Position numbers and translations under genes: made by a program. 53,037 nucleotides of DNA from Trichosphaerium sp. ATCC 40318 (taxonomy: Eukaryota; Protista; Tubulinea), in NCBI GenBank assembly GCA_038496445.1, contig JALMLS010000509.1:1-53037 (forward strand), given 5' to 3'. Of the stretch, positions 39,095 through 53,037 are shown piece by piece. Numbering within the stretch: position 1 is the stretch's first letter; the number at the start of each line of letters is the position of its first letter. Under the pieces are notes generated by a model that saw nothing but the letters and a program-made list of their open reading frames with translations, ran no database searches and had not been told where the DNA came from.

Positions 39095-39155
39095 CAATAG
39101 AAATCATATAAATGCTTTATTGATTTTTTGCATTTTGTTTTCATCTTTTGTGGTT

Positions 39156-39939
39156 TTACTTTTTTACCTTACCATCAACATACATGCATTGTTTACTAAG
39201 TACTCCATTTGGTGTCCACGCTTTGAATTCACCATTTATCTTACCATCAACGCAGTTGTACATAACTTGTAGTTGTCCATTACTAAACCACTCTTTGCAC
39301 TCACCGTTTGCTTTGTTGTCAACATAAGTTTTCTGCAGTTTAAGCTCTCCAGTCTCAAACCACATCTTGTAATCACCATTAAGCTTGCCATCAATCAACC
39401 AATTATGCATTTGAAGTTGTCCACTTTCATACCACAGTTTGTACTCACCACTTTGTTTGCCTTCAACCCAGAAAGATTGCATTTCAAGTTGTGCATTCTC
39501 ATGCCACATTTTTTGCTCACCATGTTGTTTGTCATCAACATACCAACAATGCATCTCAAGCTGTCCGTTCTCAAACCAATCCTTATACTCACCGGTTTTT
39601 TTACCATTTAACATTGTGTATTGGGACTTTAACTTACCACTATCGTGCCACTCCATCCAAATACCATTTTTTTCAAGATTTTTATTGTAGTGCGTATTCA
39701 TCGCTGCCAGTTTTGATAGGGTATGAAACTTGTTGAATATTTCTGAATCTAATGTGCACATAAACCGTTGAACATCACTTGGGATATCCAATAAAGAAGT
39801 AAGGTTGGGACCCTGGAGACTGAGTTCAACCGTTTGTGATTCATCTAAATGTTATCAGAAAAAAAGAACAAAATCAAAATCAAACTCAGAGAACGAGATG
39901 AGAAACGCCTGGCTGAAAAACGGGTGGCACAGCCACCAT
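39156..39939 (-). CDS. MORN-variant (YwqK-like) repeat protein with F-box-like N-terminus
   Basis: About six 24-aa repeats of the type GEYKxWxExGQL. N-terminal LLDIPSDVQRFMC. A short first exon from ATG 39939 joins through a GC-AG intron. Confidence 0.8.
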
Positions 39940-40370
39940 GTTATTAAATAGCTTATTAAGTTTAAACTACCCCTGATAATAAGACTTAAAACGTGCCTTT
40001 AGACATTGTTAGCAAGAAATTAGCAAATCGAATAGCTGATGGTAAATCGTGACCGCAAAAATGAAATACAAAATTTTTTATTTTAAGTCAAGCATCTTCT
40101 GCAAAAGAGTGCAGTTAACACCCCAAAACAAGTGTATATGTCAGAAACCACTTTAATATGTTTCTATGGATAAAACCTGACTACCTGCTGCTTTGGTGGC
40201 TATTTCTTGTGGTGGCGTATGTAGCATTTTAATTATTTTACTAAAACGACCGCATTAGCTTTATATTTGAGTTTATTATACGTGACCCGAACAATACAAG
40301 ACGACCATGGTTTTGGCGTAAAGAACGTGTCATTATTTCAAAACCACCATGCAACGCGCTAATACACAGT

Positions 40371-42302
40371 ATGCCAACGGTACGACGTGTTTTCAAGCGG
40401 AAAATCCCTTATTCCGTCAATCAGGAGGTACATGCGTCTATCGTGTCTCTATTAGACCCTAAAGATATATGCAACGTTGCTCGCGTCAGTAGTTACTGGT
40501 AAGCTCAAAATAATACAAGTTCAAAAAAACCCGTTTAAAGCGAATCTAAAATCATCCTAGGTACACAGTGAGCGAAACAAACGTTATATGGAAACAGGTG
40601 TACGCCCGTTTACGTTCTGAAAAAGAAAGCCCTGTTTCTACTACAGATATACACTTTTTCAACACTTTAATGGCTGACAAATGGCTGGAGTATGACGTAC
40701 GGGGTTTTTTGTTATTTTTATCCTCAAACACCTAGAAATCATTTGATTTACCTCTACTTACCGATTCAACGCGTTTGCGCTTACAACCACCGAAAAAATT
40801 TCTGAAGTGTCAAAAGACCAAAAAAACTGTGTTTTTAGATGACTTGAGGAACTAAGTTATTGTGTAGGCTACATATAAATATAAATGGCGTGTTCAAGAC
40901 GAAATTATAATGAAAGGGAATAAAATGGTTGATATCAAACTATCTAAAATGTCCTCTGTCTCTTCTATCTATTCCAATAGAGGATGGAAAGTAAGGTAAC
41001 TCTTCTTCTTCTGCCAGCTTCCTATTTGACTATTATTAAAATAAGAATTGAACGAATCTTCTTTGTCTCTTCTTATCACGTTTCTTATCACGTGACGATT
41101 GATTGAAATAATTTTTATTGTAGAGGTGTTGTAGTTGAAAGTATAAAAAACTCATCTACAATGATTCGTGCCTTGTCTGGTTCAGCTACATTGTTTTTCC
41201 TTACTTCCGCACTACCTAAGATGCACCCACCTCTATATCCAGGCGATATAGTAGAAATAGTTTATATTGGTAGCGCGTTTTTTCCCAGACATATCAAAGT
41301 GATAAGGAAGCTTAAACAAGTTCATTTCTTTCTTGGTATGAACAATTTTTCTTTCATTTTGGACTTGTCCTAATCTGTTACTTTTAGGTCTCGTACCTTA
41401 CTCTTATGCTGTCGCATTGGCTTTTGTATATTGTTGCCCGGCTATTTATTTTCACGTGCGTGATTTACTTAGGGCGTAAACACTTTTTTTTTACTCTAAC
41501 TAGGCTTGCGATTATTTGTCGCTTGCACGGTTTGCCAAGTATGCCAGTGCGTTGCTACCAATGTTAATGAGTAAGAATGACCATAGCATATGTTATTTCT
41601 AAATTGCATTTTAGTATGTCTTGCAATGGCTGAAAGACGTCGAATGGTCAATCAAATTGGTACCTCTAAAAGTTGTTGATTGACCTACTAAATTAATTTT
41701 TTAGCACGTTGGTTACACTTACCTTACACGGTCGCTTTTGTTGCATTGGTAGCTTTAAATCTTCTACCTGTTTTTATATTCTCTAGTCATTTTATGCACC
41801 TCAGTTACTCGTGCTGCGTTGGTACACCAGATTAGATTTTAGAAAATATTTGTAACTAGCTGACTTTTGTTTAAGCAATTTGTTCAATTTTGTACATGAA
41901 CTTCATTCGAGATGTAAGGAATATGCTTGGATCGAATATTCTTCTCCCTCTTCTGCCTTTATGGATATATGCTAATAATTGGCTCCTCATATATGAAAGA
42001 GGTAATCTACCAGAGCACCGGAAGACAACCAACAGAACTTCTTTTTTGGAAAAACAAAAAAAAAAAAAAGTACTTATTCGTTTGTTTTAGGATTGACATA
42101 TCTCATTGTGAAAATGTTTTGGAATCTTGTAGCATTTGGAGAGGTCGTTGTATATGCTCAATATATTGATAGCTTCTTGATGCAGGACTTAAACTTTCGT
42201 GTGATTATTGGTTTGCTTAGACAACCAAGATTATTCAGTTACATCACATGGATTGGCTTGTTTATGACTCTATGGAGTGACATCGATACTCCTTGTAAAT
42301 AA
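40371..42302 (+). CDS. F-box protein with several C-terminal hydrophobic (TM-like) segments, multi-exon
   Basis: QEVHASIVSLLDPKDICNVARVSSYWYTVSETNVIWK is an F-box. Later exons are hydrophobic. Confidence 0.7.
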
Positions 42303-42642
42303 AAGAAAAAAAAAACATGTCATTTGTACAAAGAACAGGTTGGATTTCTTCAACAAACCAAAACATAACACAACATCAACAAGCCTGGCTTTTGGATTGA
42401 TAAAGTTTTTTTTCTGTATGTTTCACCATCAAAAAGAAAAAACCAGTTGAAGGTGTTTCCAGTAGTTAACAAATCAGAGAATCAAGAAAAGGGAGCATCA
42501 GGTGCTTGGATTTTCCTCAACAGACAAGAAGGTTTAAACGCCAGTAACAATTTTTTTAATGTTTGTACAATAAATCCACGTCAAAAAAAAAGCTATCACG
42601 TGGAATAATAATAATAAGAATGTTCCTTACGGTTTTTTTTGT

Positions 42643-44314
<1,672 letters not shown>

Positions 44315-44586
44315 GTTCACGCTCTAATACGCTTTTTGGTCAATTCGAGTTTTTCCGTGTGCTGAGTCAACAAAACTTCCCGAAAGCATCCAGTAATACG
44401 CCGCTTTCCAACGCCCGAACCCCATTTTTCGGGCGCACATAAATTAGGTTGTATTTTTTTTACAAGGTGGAGAGCCTCTACTTAGGTGGTTGTGCTTCAC
44501 TTAGGTGGGAACCGGATTTTCTTTGATGAATTTCAAATAAAATGGCGAGAAATTATACTTCAAACAAAACCCCATAACGTAACAAC

Positions 44587-45269
44587 ATGGCATCTACAAG
44601 AACTTGGGGAAGACAATACGAAGAAAATACCAGCAACCTTTACAATCCATGGTACGTTCCTGGCTTTTGCCTACTACTCTTTTTTGCCGTTTATTAGCCG
44701 GCTTACGCGTTGAAAAGGGAAGGGAGGCAAGTACAAACTCTAAAGAAACGAAAACAAGCTGTTTCTCAACGAAATCTACCAGAAGGGTTTTTAGAGGTTA
44801 AATCATGGGATGACGCATCCTACATGTCTGATATTATTGATACAAGAGATAAAGACGTTACACGCATCACAAGGTACCCCAAAAAATAAGGTTTTTCTGA
44901 TCGTTTATTGACTACTTAAAGGGACATGGCTGACATCAATGAAGTCATGAGGGATCTTGCAGAAATGGTTGAGGCTGATGGTTATCTCATTGGTGCGTAC
45001 TCTTCATATCTTTGCCGAGCATGTCTCATTATGTAAATTAGATAACATTGAAACACATATTGATGATGTAGGAGAAAATACCAAGATTGCTTTGAAAGAA
45101 ATTCAAAAAGCTGACAAAAGTCAGCGAGCAAAACGCAAACGGTACCAACTTTCTTAATACTTTCTATCAATATTACTTACACATTAAAAGGAATTGGTGC
45201 CTAGGACTTACTGGAGTTGGTGTAACGGCTGCAGTGATTGCAACACTCGCCATTTTTCGACCAAGATAA
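44587..45269 (+). CDS. Short syntaxin-like (Qa-type) SNARE with C-terminal TM, multi-exon
   Basis: RDKDVTRITRDMADINEVMRDLAEMVEADGYLIDNIETHI..ALKEIQKADKSQR followed by a hydrophobic tail. Confidence 0.85.
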
Positions 45270-45654
45270 AAAAACAACAATCTCAAACTTTTCGCAACAC
45301 AACAATGACATGTCCATAAATCTGATACTGTATAATAAACCTTGTAAATATTACACCATGAAAACAAGTTTGAGTGTTCTTAATTGTTAACATCGTCATG
45401 AAGTACTGGTTGGTTATATAAATGAAGTACCTTCTGAAGTTTAAAAATAAGAGTAACATTATTTCAAAATGCGTGACTTCTTCTCAACTAGTTTGTTAGT
45501 AAATTTTGCAGGAATGTACTTTCAGAATAAAAAAACGGTAGAGTTAGATTGTGCGTTATTCATTGTACATAGCTTCCTTATCTATCATTAATGTTCATTA
45601 GAGGCAATTCAATCTTTAATGTGAATCAACAACGCGTTGCATAGAACCTGAAAC

Positions 45655-46425
45655 TCATCCATAGGAGCAATTTGAAGAATACAATTTGTGACCAGAATGT
45701 TTAGAATATTTCCCTACCTCTACCACTCCATCGCTTATTTTGTAATTGAGGCATCTTGTATTTTTAGAAACAAAGATACGGTCAGTTTTCTTTTGAAGAC
45801 AGCTTGCTGTCTCATCTAAAACCAAGCGATTCAAACAAACAGCGCCTTTTGTTTCATCAACAGTAAATGTTCCTATCTCTACTGTTGTACCGTAATAGCT
45901 AGAACCACTTTCAATCCTCAAAGTAGCGAACATTGAGCAAGAACCATCAATATCTTTCTGAGAAACAAGTCTTTGATCGATCAGATATTCCCAAATATGT
46001 GGTGATGGGTATTGCGGTCCTCTCCATCTGATGCAGACATAAATACTCTCAAAAAACTCGTGTATTTTACCCTTATTTCTTCCACGCTTCCACACTCCTT
46101 CTCTTGGGAATAGGTGTTGTTGAGGTTGAACAAAAAAGTTCACAAGCCAGAGATATCCAAAATCACTTGTGTAGATTCCGTTAATACAGCGAAGAAGTGA
46201 CAAACTCCTTAGAGCGGTTTTGTCTTCTATGAGCTGGATAATAGATCTCAAACGCCATGTAGGAGACTTCAAGGATAACAATTGTTGCCAGAAAGCACTG
46301 TTGTTTTTGTGCTTGGTGTAAAGTTGTTTTGTAGTCATGAGCAAATACTTGACATCATTGAAGTCACATTTTGTACAAATCATACAAAACACATCTGAGA
46401 CTAATGTACTTATTATGTCACTCAT
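45655..46425 (-). CDS. Intronless protein with F-box-like N-terminus
   Basis: 256-aa ORF beginning ISTLVSDVFCMICTKCDFNDVKYLLMTTKQL..FWQQL. Confidence 0.65.
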   Translation of the reverse strand: MSDIISTLVSDVFCMICTKCDFNDVKYLLMTTKQLYTKHKNNSAFWQQLLSLKSPTWRLRSIIQLIEDKTALRSLSLLRCINGIYTSDFGYLWLVNFFVQPQQHLFPREGVWKRGRNKGKIHEFFESIYVCIRWRGPQYPSPHIWEYLIDQRLVSQKDIDGSCSMFATLRIESGSSYYGTTVEIGTFTVDETKGAVCLNRLVLDETASCLQKKTDRIFVSKNTRCLNYKISDGVVEVGKYSKHSGHKLYSSNCSYG

Positions 46426-47476
46426 ACTTTGTTTAACTATTAATAACTTGAAGTTTCTTTATTTCGTTTGAGAGGATTTTGATAAATATAAAAGCTTCAC
46501 TGGCACTTGATACAACTGCTGTTGTGCTTGTACAAAACTAATAATGAACCTTCAAAGAATGTAAGAGAATTTCATTTAATGCTTTTTAACAACGTATCAT
46601 TATTAATCAAGAATCACAGAATATGACAATACACTCCACCGTACTTTTGGGGTAATAGCTAGCAGCTTTCGTACTTTCGTGTTTTATAATTGTTGAAATA
46701 AAAGGGACCTCCCTTTGAGGTTGCAATAAAATACAAAGTCATGGCAACGAACCTTAACAGCACATCAACAAGTTACATTAAAAAATATCTGTACAACCAG
46801 TTACCTTTGTCCGAGAAAAAATGAGCAACCTAGTGTGGTATTTGGTAAAAGTACTAAACATCTAGTACCCCTTGTTAAAGCTCGGGAAGTGGTAAAAACA
46901 GCATCTCAAATTCAGATTCTTACTTTTTGCTGTTTAGAAAATTCGCTTCATATTCAACCACGTTTTTTTGGTTAGCCAAGCTGGAGTTGTATTTATTCAT
47001 CATACTATTGTTTTATTAGTAGAGATGCACAGTGAACGTGTCCCACGTCATCATACTTGAAATCCCGCAAATACTTCGTGTGAAATCATTCATGGGGTTT
47101 CTGTTCAGCCGCATTACTTCGTTGAACTGAAGGCTGAAAATGTGTGACGACAACTTTCTTCGTTCCAATGGGATGGAGGATTTCTCCAGGGAGTTCCTTC
47201 GTATTTAGAGCGCTCATATCTGCATTGCAAATGCAAGCAGTATAGCGCAAAAAAACACTTTGGGGCACGCCACGCTATCACCTCTTTTGCTTTTGCTGCC
47301 AGATTATGGTGTTTGCTTCGCGTGTGAACAAAACTGAGCTAACATTGCTCTAGAATTACTGCCTTCGCCATCAAAGGAAGGAATTATGATGCATATTTTT
47401 ATAGTTAGAAGACACTCCTACGAGCACACTTTCAATGAAGCAGTTTAAAAACAAGGTTGCAACAAGTTATTTATTA

Positions 47477-48737
47477 TTAAGCGATATGTTTTATGGTCTC
47501 AGCAATGCTTTGAGCCGAGCTCTTATCACTATACGCTTCCACCACAAGTAGTAACTCATTTATGTTTGTTTTACCTTTGCGAAGTTTAATATCTGCTTTT
47601 TTTCTGGAAATAATCATGTATGTCACTTTACATCGCATTTTCTCCAAGTCTACGATAACTACCCAACCTTTTGCATACTCCACTTTTTTAGAAACAATAA
47701 ATCTACCCATATTAGATCCAAAATGCCAATCTGGAGGTATAACAAATCCTAATATTTTTGAAGAGTCAGCGACACAAAAGAAACCGCAAAGAAAAGAATG
47801 AAGTTTGCCTTACCATCAATTTCAGCAACAATTGGTTCTACAAGATGCACGTGTTTATCTGCTGGTCTTAGAGAATCAAAGCCTATCTATACCGTATTAA
47901 TAAACAAACAACAATGATAGGCTTGTAGTTGGTAACAGAATAAACGCTGATATGATTGTTCTGACTTGAGGAACTTTAAGAGTTTGTGGAATAACAACCG
48001 TCGCAGCAATCACATCAGCGCTAATTTAATTACCCACGTCAGGCCCTACCAACTACCAAAAGAGTATCGCACAGTGCCGGGATCTGCTAAATCGCCTAAC
48101 TTGCAATTGGTCGCATTATATAAACCTAAACATTAATAAGAAAATTGAACTTGTAATATCACTCACGTGCCAATAAGAGGATAACGTGAAATGCCAAGGC
48201 GTTCTGTGCCATCTGAAACATCGTCTTCGAATAACCATCCTAGTTTGACGTCAAAAAAAGGCAACCAACTTCATGAACAGTGCATGACTATTTTTTTTTT
48301 CAATAAGTGTCTAATTGGCACCTTGACATAGTATGTGGTGGAATTCGCGATCATCTAAGGCTGTTGACACCACTAGATCCAAAGACCACTCCAAATCGTC
48401 CATATCTCTTGGTGGCTTCTTTATATTCGCAATTCTATCGTTTTGAGGTATTTTGGACTCCAAGTTGTACGCTTGGTTAATTTTCTCCATTACCCACTGT
48501 TTCCATTCCCAGTCGCCAATGAGTGATGTTTTACGCGCATCAGACGGATTTAGTAGTGTTGTAGCGTATACCGATTTACAAACTCTAAACGCATCGCCAG
48601 ATCCAGAACCTGACGCTCGTGTTACGAAAAACGTCTAAAAAATTAATGGAAACGAAGTTGGTACCAATAAACACTGAATTAGACACTTCAAGAGTTGGAC
48701 ATCGCTCTATTCTATCAAACGCGAGTGAAACTTGCAT
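47477..48737 (-). CDS. Hypothetical multi-exon protein
   Basis: Open exons joined by plausible splice sites (MQVSLAFDRIERCPTLE|TFFVTR..GDWEWKQWVMEKI..; last exon ends IKHIA). No domain recognised. Confidence 0.55.
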
Positions 48738-48986
48738 CTCTACTCTGCATTTATCGGCGGCACTTAACTTAACATTCAACTACCACGCTGATTACGTGAA
48801 GTGTGCTTGAATTTACTAGATTTGCCTTTTGCATTTTTATTCTGCAATCACAGCAACTCCTCTTCACAAAAAAAGTACGTAAATCACCACTCGTCGTTTT
48901 ATTAGTTAGTTTCTTTCACAAACCCTAAAACAAGCTTTTATGCTTCCAGTTTTGATTCACAATCTTATAATTTGCTTAGTACCATC

Positions 48987-49608
48987 ATGGCAACTTGGTC
49001 AACAGGTCTATTTCACGTTTTCGCTGATTTGGAAGTCTTGTACGTACCCCAAAGAGTCTCATTTAGTTGTTTTAAACACTCGTATGGTTTGTTGCACGAG
49101 AGTGTGAGTTCTGTGCGCTTTCTCAAAACGACGAAGTTCTCTGTTTGTTTATTTGCATTTTCCGTCGCTTATATAGTTTTTTCTAGCCTATACGGTGCTC
49201 TAGCCCCACAATGCTTGGCAGTTGAAAACAAAATGAAAATCGAAAAACCGGAACATGGTGAGGGAAATGGTCCCCTAGGTGCGTAGATCAACGGTATTAT
49301 CAGTAAACAACGCTAACGATGTAAAACTAGGAACTGGTATGGTACAAGACGATATGTCCCGTCTTATCTCTTTTGTCCTTTGCTACTGCATCCCTTGCGT
49401 TCGTGTATGCTGGAGAGGATCTGTTCGCGAAAAATACGGTATTGGCGGAAGTTTTGTTGGTGATCTTGTTTCAGCGCTTGTTTGCTGGCAAATGAGCATC
49501 TGCCAAGAGGCTCGTGAGATCAAGGCACGCAACGGTGGACTTAAAGCTGCCCGCGCTTCAAACCTACCTGAATTGACACAACCTTTAATGATGACTGATG
49601 ACAACTAA
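48987..49608 (+). CDS. PLAC8-family cysteine-rich protein, multi-exon
   Basis: MATWSTGLFHVFAD and RGSVREKYGIGGSFVGDLVSALVCWQMSICQEAREIK. Confidence 0.88.
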
Positions 49609-50115
49609 ACGTTCACATTTTTTTTTATCATTACGGATACTGTATAATTTATTACCCATCGGTCTTAATAAAACCATATTAAACCAACTTCTCCCTTTCT
49701 TCGAATAGCGAATAAAATAACCTCACACGGCGCACGATGTAGAATACAAAAATAAGTTGCAGAGAAACTCATTATAGTCAAGTGTTGGATGTTACCAGCG
49801 TAGGAGCTATCATTATTTGTACAAAGGGCTCCTATGTCAGATTGACGTGCAATAACGCAATGTTGTTTTAGTGCTCCACTCAACATACTTCTCCGTTACA
49901 AGCCCTTGTCTTCTACATTTGTTGTCATTGGTGGATGCATTAACTCGTCTATCGAAATCGCGTATGTAAGACAGTGTCACAATCTAATATGAGGTTTATT
50001 GCAATAATCACTGTTTTCACAACAAAATACATTGTACTACCCGTACTATCTATTGGCACGTGGCTTTGCGCACTTACTGTAGTTTTCTCAACAAGAAAAT
50101 GATGTGCACGTGACG

Positions 50116-50898
50116 TTATTGTTCTGATTTTCTCCAAAAAGACAAGGAAGCAAGATGTGATGATCGGTCTGGAAATATTGTTAAGCTTCTAAGCACGTGT
50201 TCGTAACCGTTCACAACGGTTATATAGTCATCTTCTGCTTTTATCAAAGCAATACCCGCTCTATTAGCTGCTTTGACTTCCAACAAATAGCATCTAGGTC
50301 CCAGTTGAGGCCGTTCAACGAATGTCGTCACATAACCGTTTGTGTTAGGGTATATACTGTGTCCATCTTCGTAATACTTGTGAACTTCACCAGCCATACT
50401 CTCAGGACCAAATGTGTCATATGTACACTTCCATGTCCCAACGAGAATATCCAATAGCCTGATTACCTTAAATCTAAACTGTTCAGATGTCCCATACTCG
50501 TTGTACAATCGTGACAAGTCTGTAGGATCGATTGGTACACAAAGTGCCGTTAGTAATTGTAAAGATTTGAGGGATTGCAGTAGATCTAGTTGTATGGGCT
50601 CGTAGAAGTCGCAGTATGATATATCAAGAGATGTCACGCTTGTTTTCCACAGATAAGTGCAAAGTACTTTAAAATCTATTGGTTCAGGTTCAGGAGCTAT
50701 GTACACGCGTTCTACATGTTTACATTGCTTAAGAAGTATCAATGCACTGTGACTGACGATAATCTCGTTTAGAGTTTCTAAGACACGCATTGAAGCTTTT
50801 TTAAGCGCTTTACATGTAACTTGAATTGCCAGGTTCATTTCTACGTCTAAAGCTTTGACAATCTCATATTGAACATCGAAGGGCATCATAGAGAGCAT
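50116..50898 (-). CDS. Intronless protein with F-box-like N-terminus and LRR-like segment
   Basis: 260-aa ORF with MPFDVQYEIVKAL..VTCKAL and VTSLDISYC..LQSLKSLQLL. Confidence 0.65.
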   Translation of the reverse strand: MLSMMPFDVQYEIVKALDVEMNLAIQVTCKALKKASMRVLETLNEIIVSHSALILLKQCKHVERVYIAPEPEPIDFKVLCTYLWKTSVTSLDISYCDFYEPIQLDLLQSLKSLQLLTALCVPIDPTDLSRLYNEYGTSEQFRFKVIRLLDILVGTWKCTYDTFGPESMAGEVHKYYEDGHSIYPNTNGYVTTFVERPQLGPRCYLLEVKAANRAGIALIKAEDDYITVVNGYEHVLRSLTIFPDRSSHLASLSFWRKSEQ

Positions 50899-51223
50899 GT
50901 TGAGCGTTAGTCGTTACTTCACGTTAAAATGACTTGTTGTGACTTACCTGTTGGCGTTTTTACAATCCTGCAGAACCACGCCCGCACATAACTCCATCAA
51001 TAACTTGAGATACATAATCTTGCTCTTCATCTCGTATGGGTCAACACGTGATATCGAGACATACTCGGTTTCAAAAACTAAAAACAGTCACAATGCAAAG
51101 GCCTAACTGGTTGATATGACGCTGTATGCTTGATCGATTAGATTGGTGATTGCAAAAAATGGCAAAAAGACGCGGTTTTACCGTTTCTTCCACTCGGACT
51201 AGTACGCTACACTAATCGAATGA

Positions 51224-51616
51224 TCACTCAATCATCCACAACGAACGATACCAGATCTGGCGGCGTAGCGTGTGGTGCTTGCTACGACGTCTGACTTGGT
51301 ACAAGGACGGTTTCTTTGGCGGAGCTAGCTTGCCTTCCAAGCGTAGTCTCTTTCTAAGAGCCTTCCTTTTTGCGTATATATTGGGGTTTTTCTTGTGAGT
51401 CGCGGGCGCTGCAGTCTCCAAAGATTCTAAGAAGACTATCAGCTGGCTTAGAAGCACACCTGACGCTCTCTTCATTAAGTCATCAAATGACATTAAACCC
51501 TCATCAATTGCCTGGAGTAAGCGGTAGAGAAGACTTAATATCAGTTGTACACTGAAGAGGAAGAGATTGAAAGATTGCTCTAAGGAGAGTACTGGAACTA
51601 TACCAAACATATACAT
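51224..51616 (-). CDS. Second copy of the hypothetical 130-aa ORF
   Basis: Nearly identical to 8624-9016. Confidence 0.3.
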   Translation of the reverse strand: MYMFGIVPVLSLEQSFNLFLFSVQLILSLLYRLLQAIDEGLMSFDDLMKRASGVLLSQLIVFLESLETAAPATHKKNPNIYAKRKALRKRLRLEGKLAPPKKPSLYQVRRRSKHHTLRRQIWYRSLWMIE

Positions 51617-52469
51617 AATACGTTTTTATTGTGTCTATAAATGTTGCCAAATTTGTTTATAAACCCTTAAAAAGCAATCGAAATAAATTGTGGGATACAC
51701 TTCACAGAAATATCCATTTTAATTACTCAATTATGGATAATGCACATTTACAAACGCTTGTAAACCCTTGTGGTTGTTACTTTAGGGTGTGAGAACCGTT
51801 TTGACGATTTTTTGGATCGCAACATGTGCTTCTAAACGAGTACTACGTCCGATTTTATATCGAATGTAATTTTAGTTGCTCCACCGCGTTACACCGGTGC
51901 TAGCAAACATTTGGTGCCTTCGTTCTACAATACGAAAAGAAGCTATGGTGGATATTCGGTGAAATGAGTTGCAAAAAAAAGTAGAACGACTATACAAATT
52001 TGTGAAACGAACTGGTTTTTTCTTCCATTTTTAGGTTAGCAGGTGTCGTTTCGTTCACAGTCGCTTTAAAACTGCTTTTGTCAAGATCTCTTGGTAGATA
52101 ATTTGTAACGGTTAAATAATATCTTGACCACAACATACTTGGTCGTAGTATCAACACGAGTAGACACAAATAAATGGTACTAGAATTCAAAATGTCGAAT
52201 TCAGCCAAGAATAATTATGAAAGCCGCTAAAAGGTCGATTCAGAGTCTCCGCGTAGTTGTATGGAATAAAGCATTTTATCGTAGTTTGATAGAGTTTCTT
52301 AAAATATGTCTAAAAGCCTCCTAACTATCACGAGATGCATTTAATATATAGTTGCAGGTCATAGTGATTACTTTAAAGGCGCTATGAGGGTTCTACTCTT
52401 TTAAATATTCAAAAAAGTAATGTATTTTACGCGGCGCCACTAGTTGCGATTCTAATTCTGTTTATTTTG

Positions 52470-53037
52470 TTACTTTTTTTTTCTTCAGCAGTTGGTTCCC
52501 ACGTAATTTCTCGTACACTGGTTGCTTGGCTTGTTTTTAACAAGTGTAATTACAGGCCAATGAGGGTGACCATCGAATGAAAATTTTGCAGTCATGTATC
52601 ATCCTTCAGTTGCTTGTTATGTGGAAGCTTAGACAATCCGGTGTAGTTCGTGTGAGCGACCTAAAGCAACCAGTAAGCTGTTGAACAATGACAGAAACTC
52701 AAAAGAAAAAGAGTTTAACACTCTTAAAGACATACCAACTTGACACGCTTGATGGTGTTCTTGAGTGCGTCTGGTGTATCAGCATGTGAATTCAACTCGT
52801 TGAATCCCTCTAAAGCGAGTTTGTAAGAATCCAATGAACCTCTGAAGACGTCTTGAAGCTGAAGCAGAAGTTAGAAAAAGTGAATAGAGCAATGTTTTAA
52901 AAAGTTACCTTAAATGACTTAAAATTGGTCCCTTGTTGCTTGAACCCAAGCCTCAGAAGGAGGATGAGGAAGCGTATAGAATGCTGAAAGCGATGATAAA
53001 AATTCATTTGAGGAGAACCAAACTTAAACTAAAGGAG
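52470..53037 (-). pseudogene. Frameshifted duplicate of the NAA35 3' exons
   Basis: Matches 7186-7773 but lacks CATAA (5 bp, original about 7279) and has single-base deletions corresponding to about 7647 and 7743. Confidence 0.8.

Larger units (their letters stand above)
51144..53037 (-). repeat. Right (inverted) copy of 7186-9170; runs off the window end
   Basis: Direct reverse-complement match, with substitutions and small indels. Confidence 0.95.

Noticed and set aside
39273-39736. Overlapping plus-strand ORFs with periodic Cys/His
   Set aside because: They are antisense shadows of the 72-bp MORN repeat.

Overview
Compact, AT-rich, intron-rich eukaryotic (protist-like) genomic DNA with about 25 protein genes, short introns and intergenic gaps often under 500 bp. 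Recognisable housekeeping genes are NTMT1-like N-terminal methyltransferase, NAA35/MAK10, a TBC Rab-GAP, an EF-hand protein, CSTF1, GALE, a syntaxin-like SNARE and PLAC8. They are mixed with accessory genes: two ADP-ribosyltransferases, two intronless GNATs, YbjQ, an RTX-like secreted protein, a receptor tyrosine kinase, surface proteins and five F-box-like genes. The best candidate for an undescribed system is the minus-strand locus 21143-25150, where a T4 Rnl2-type RNA ligase appears to be spliced in frame, through a GC-AG intron, onto a PARP4/vault-PARP-like BRCT-WGR-regulatory-catalytic (H-Y-E) module. It lies head-to-head with an F-box + SMI1/KNR4-like gene. Other notable signals are a >=1.9 kb inverted duplication (7186-9170 / 51144-53037) bracketing about 42 kb, strong over-representation of the palindrome CACGTG (45 sites counted by eye), frequent GC-AG introns, and a short syntaxin with Asp at the zero layer. 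All gene models were spliced by eye, so boundaries are approximate and no database searches were run.
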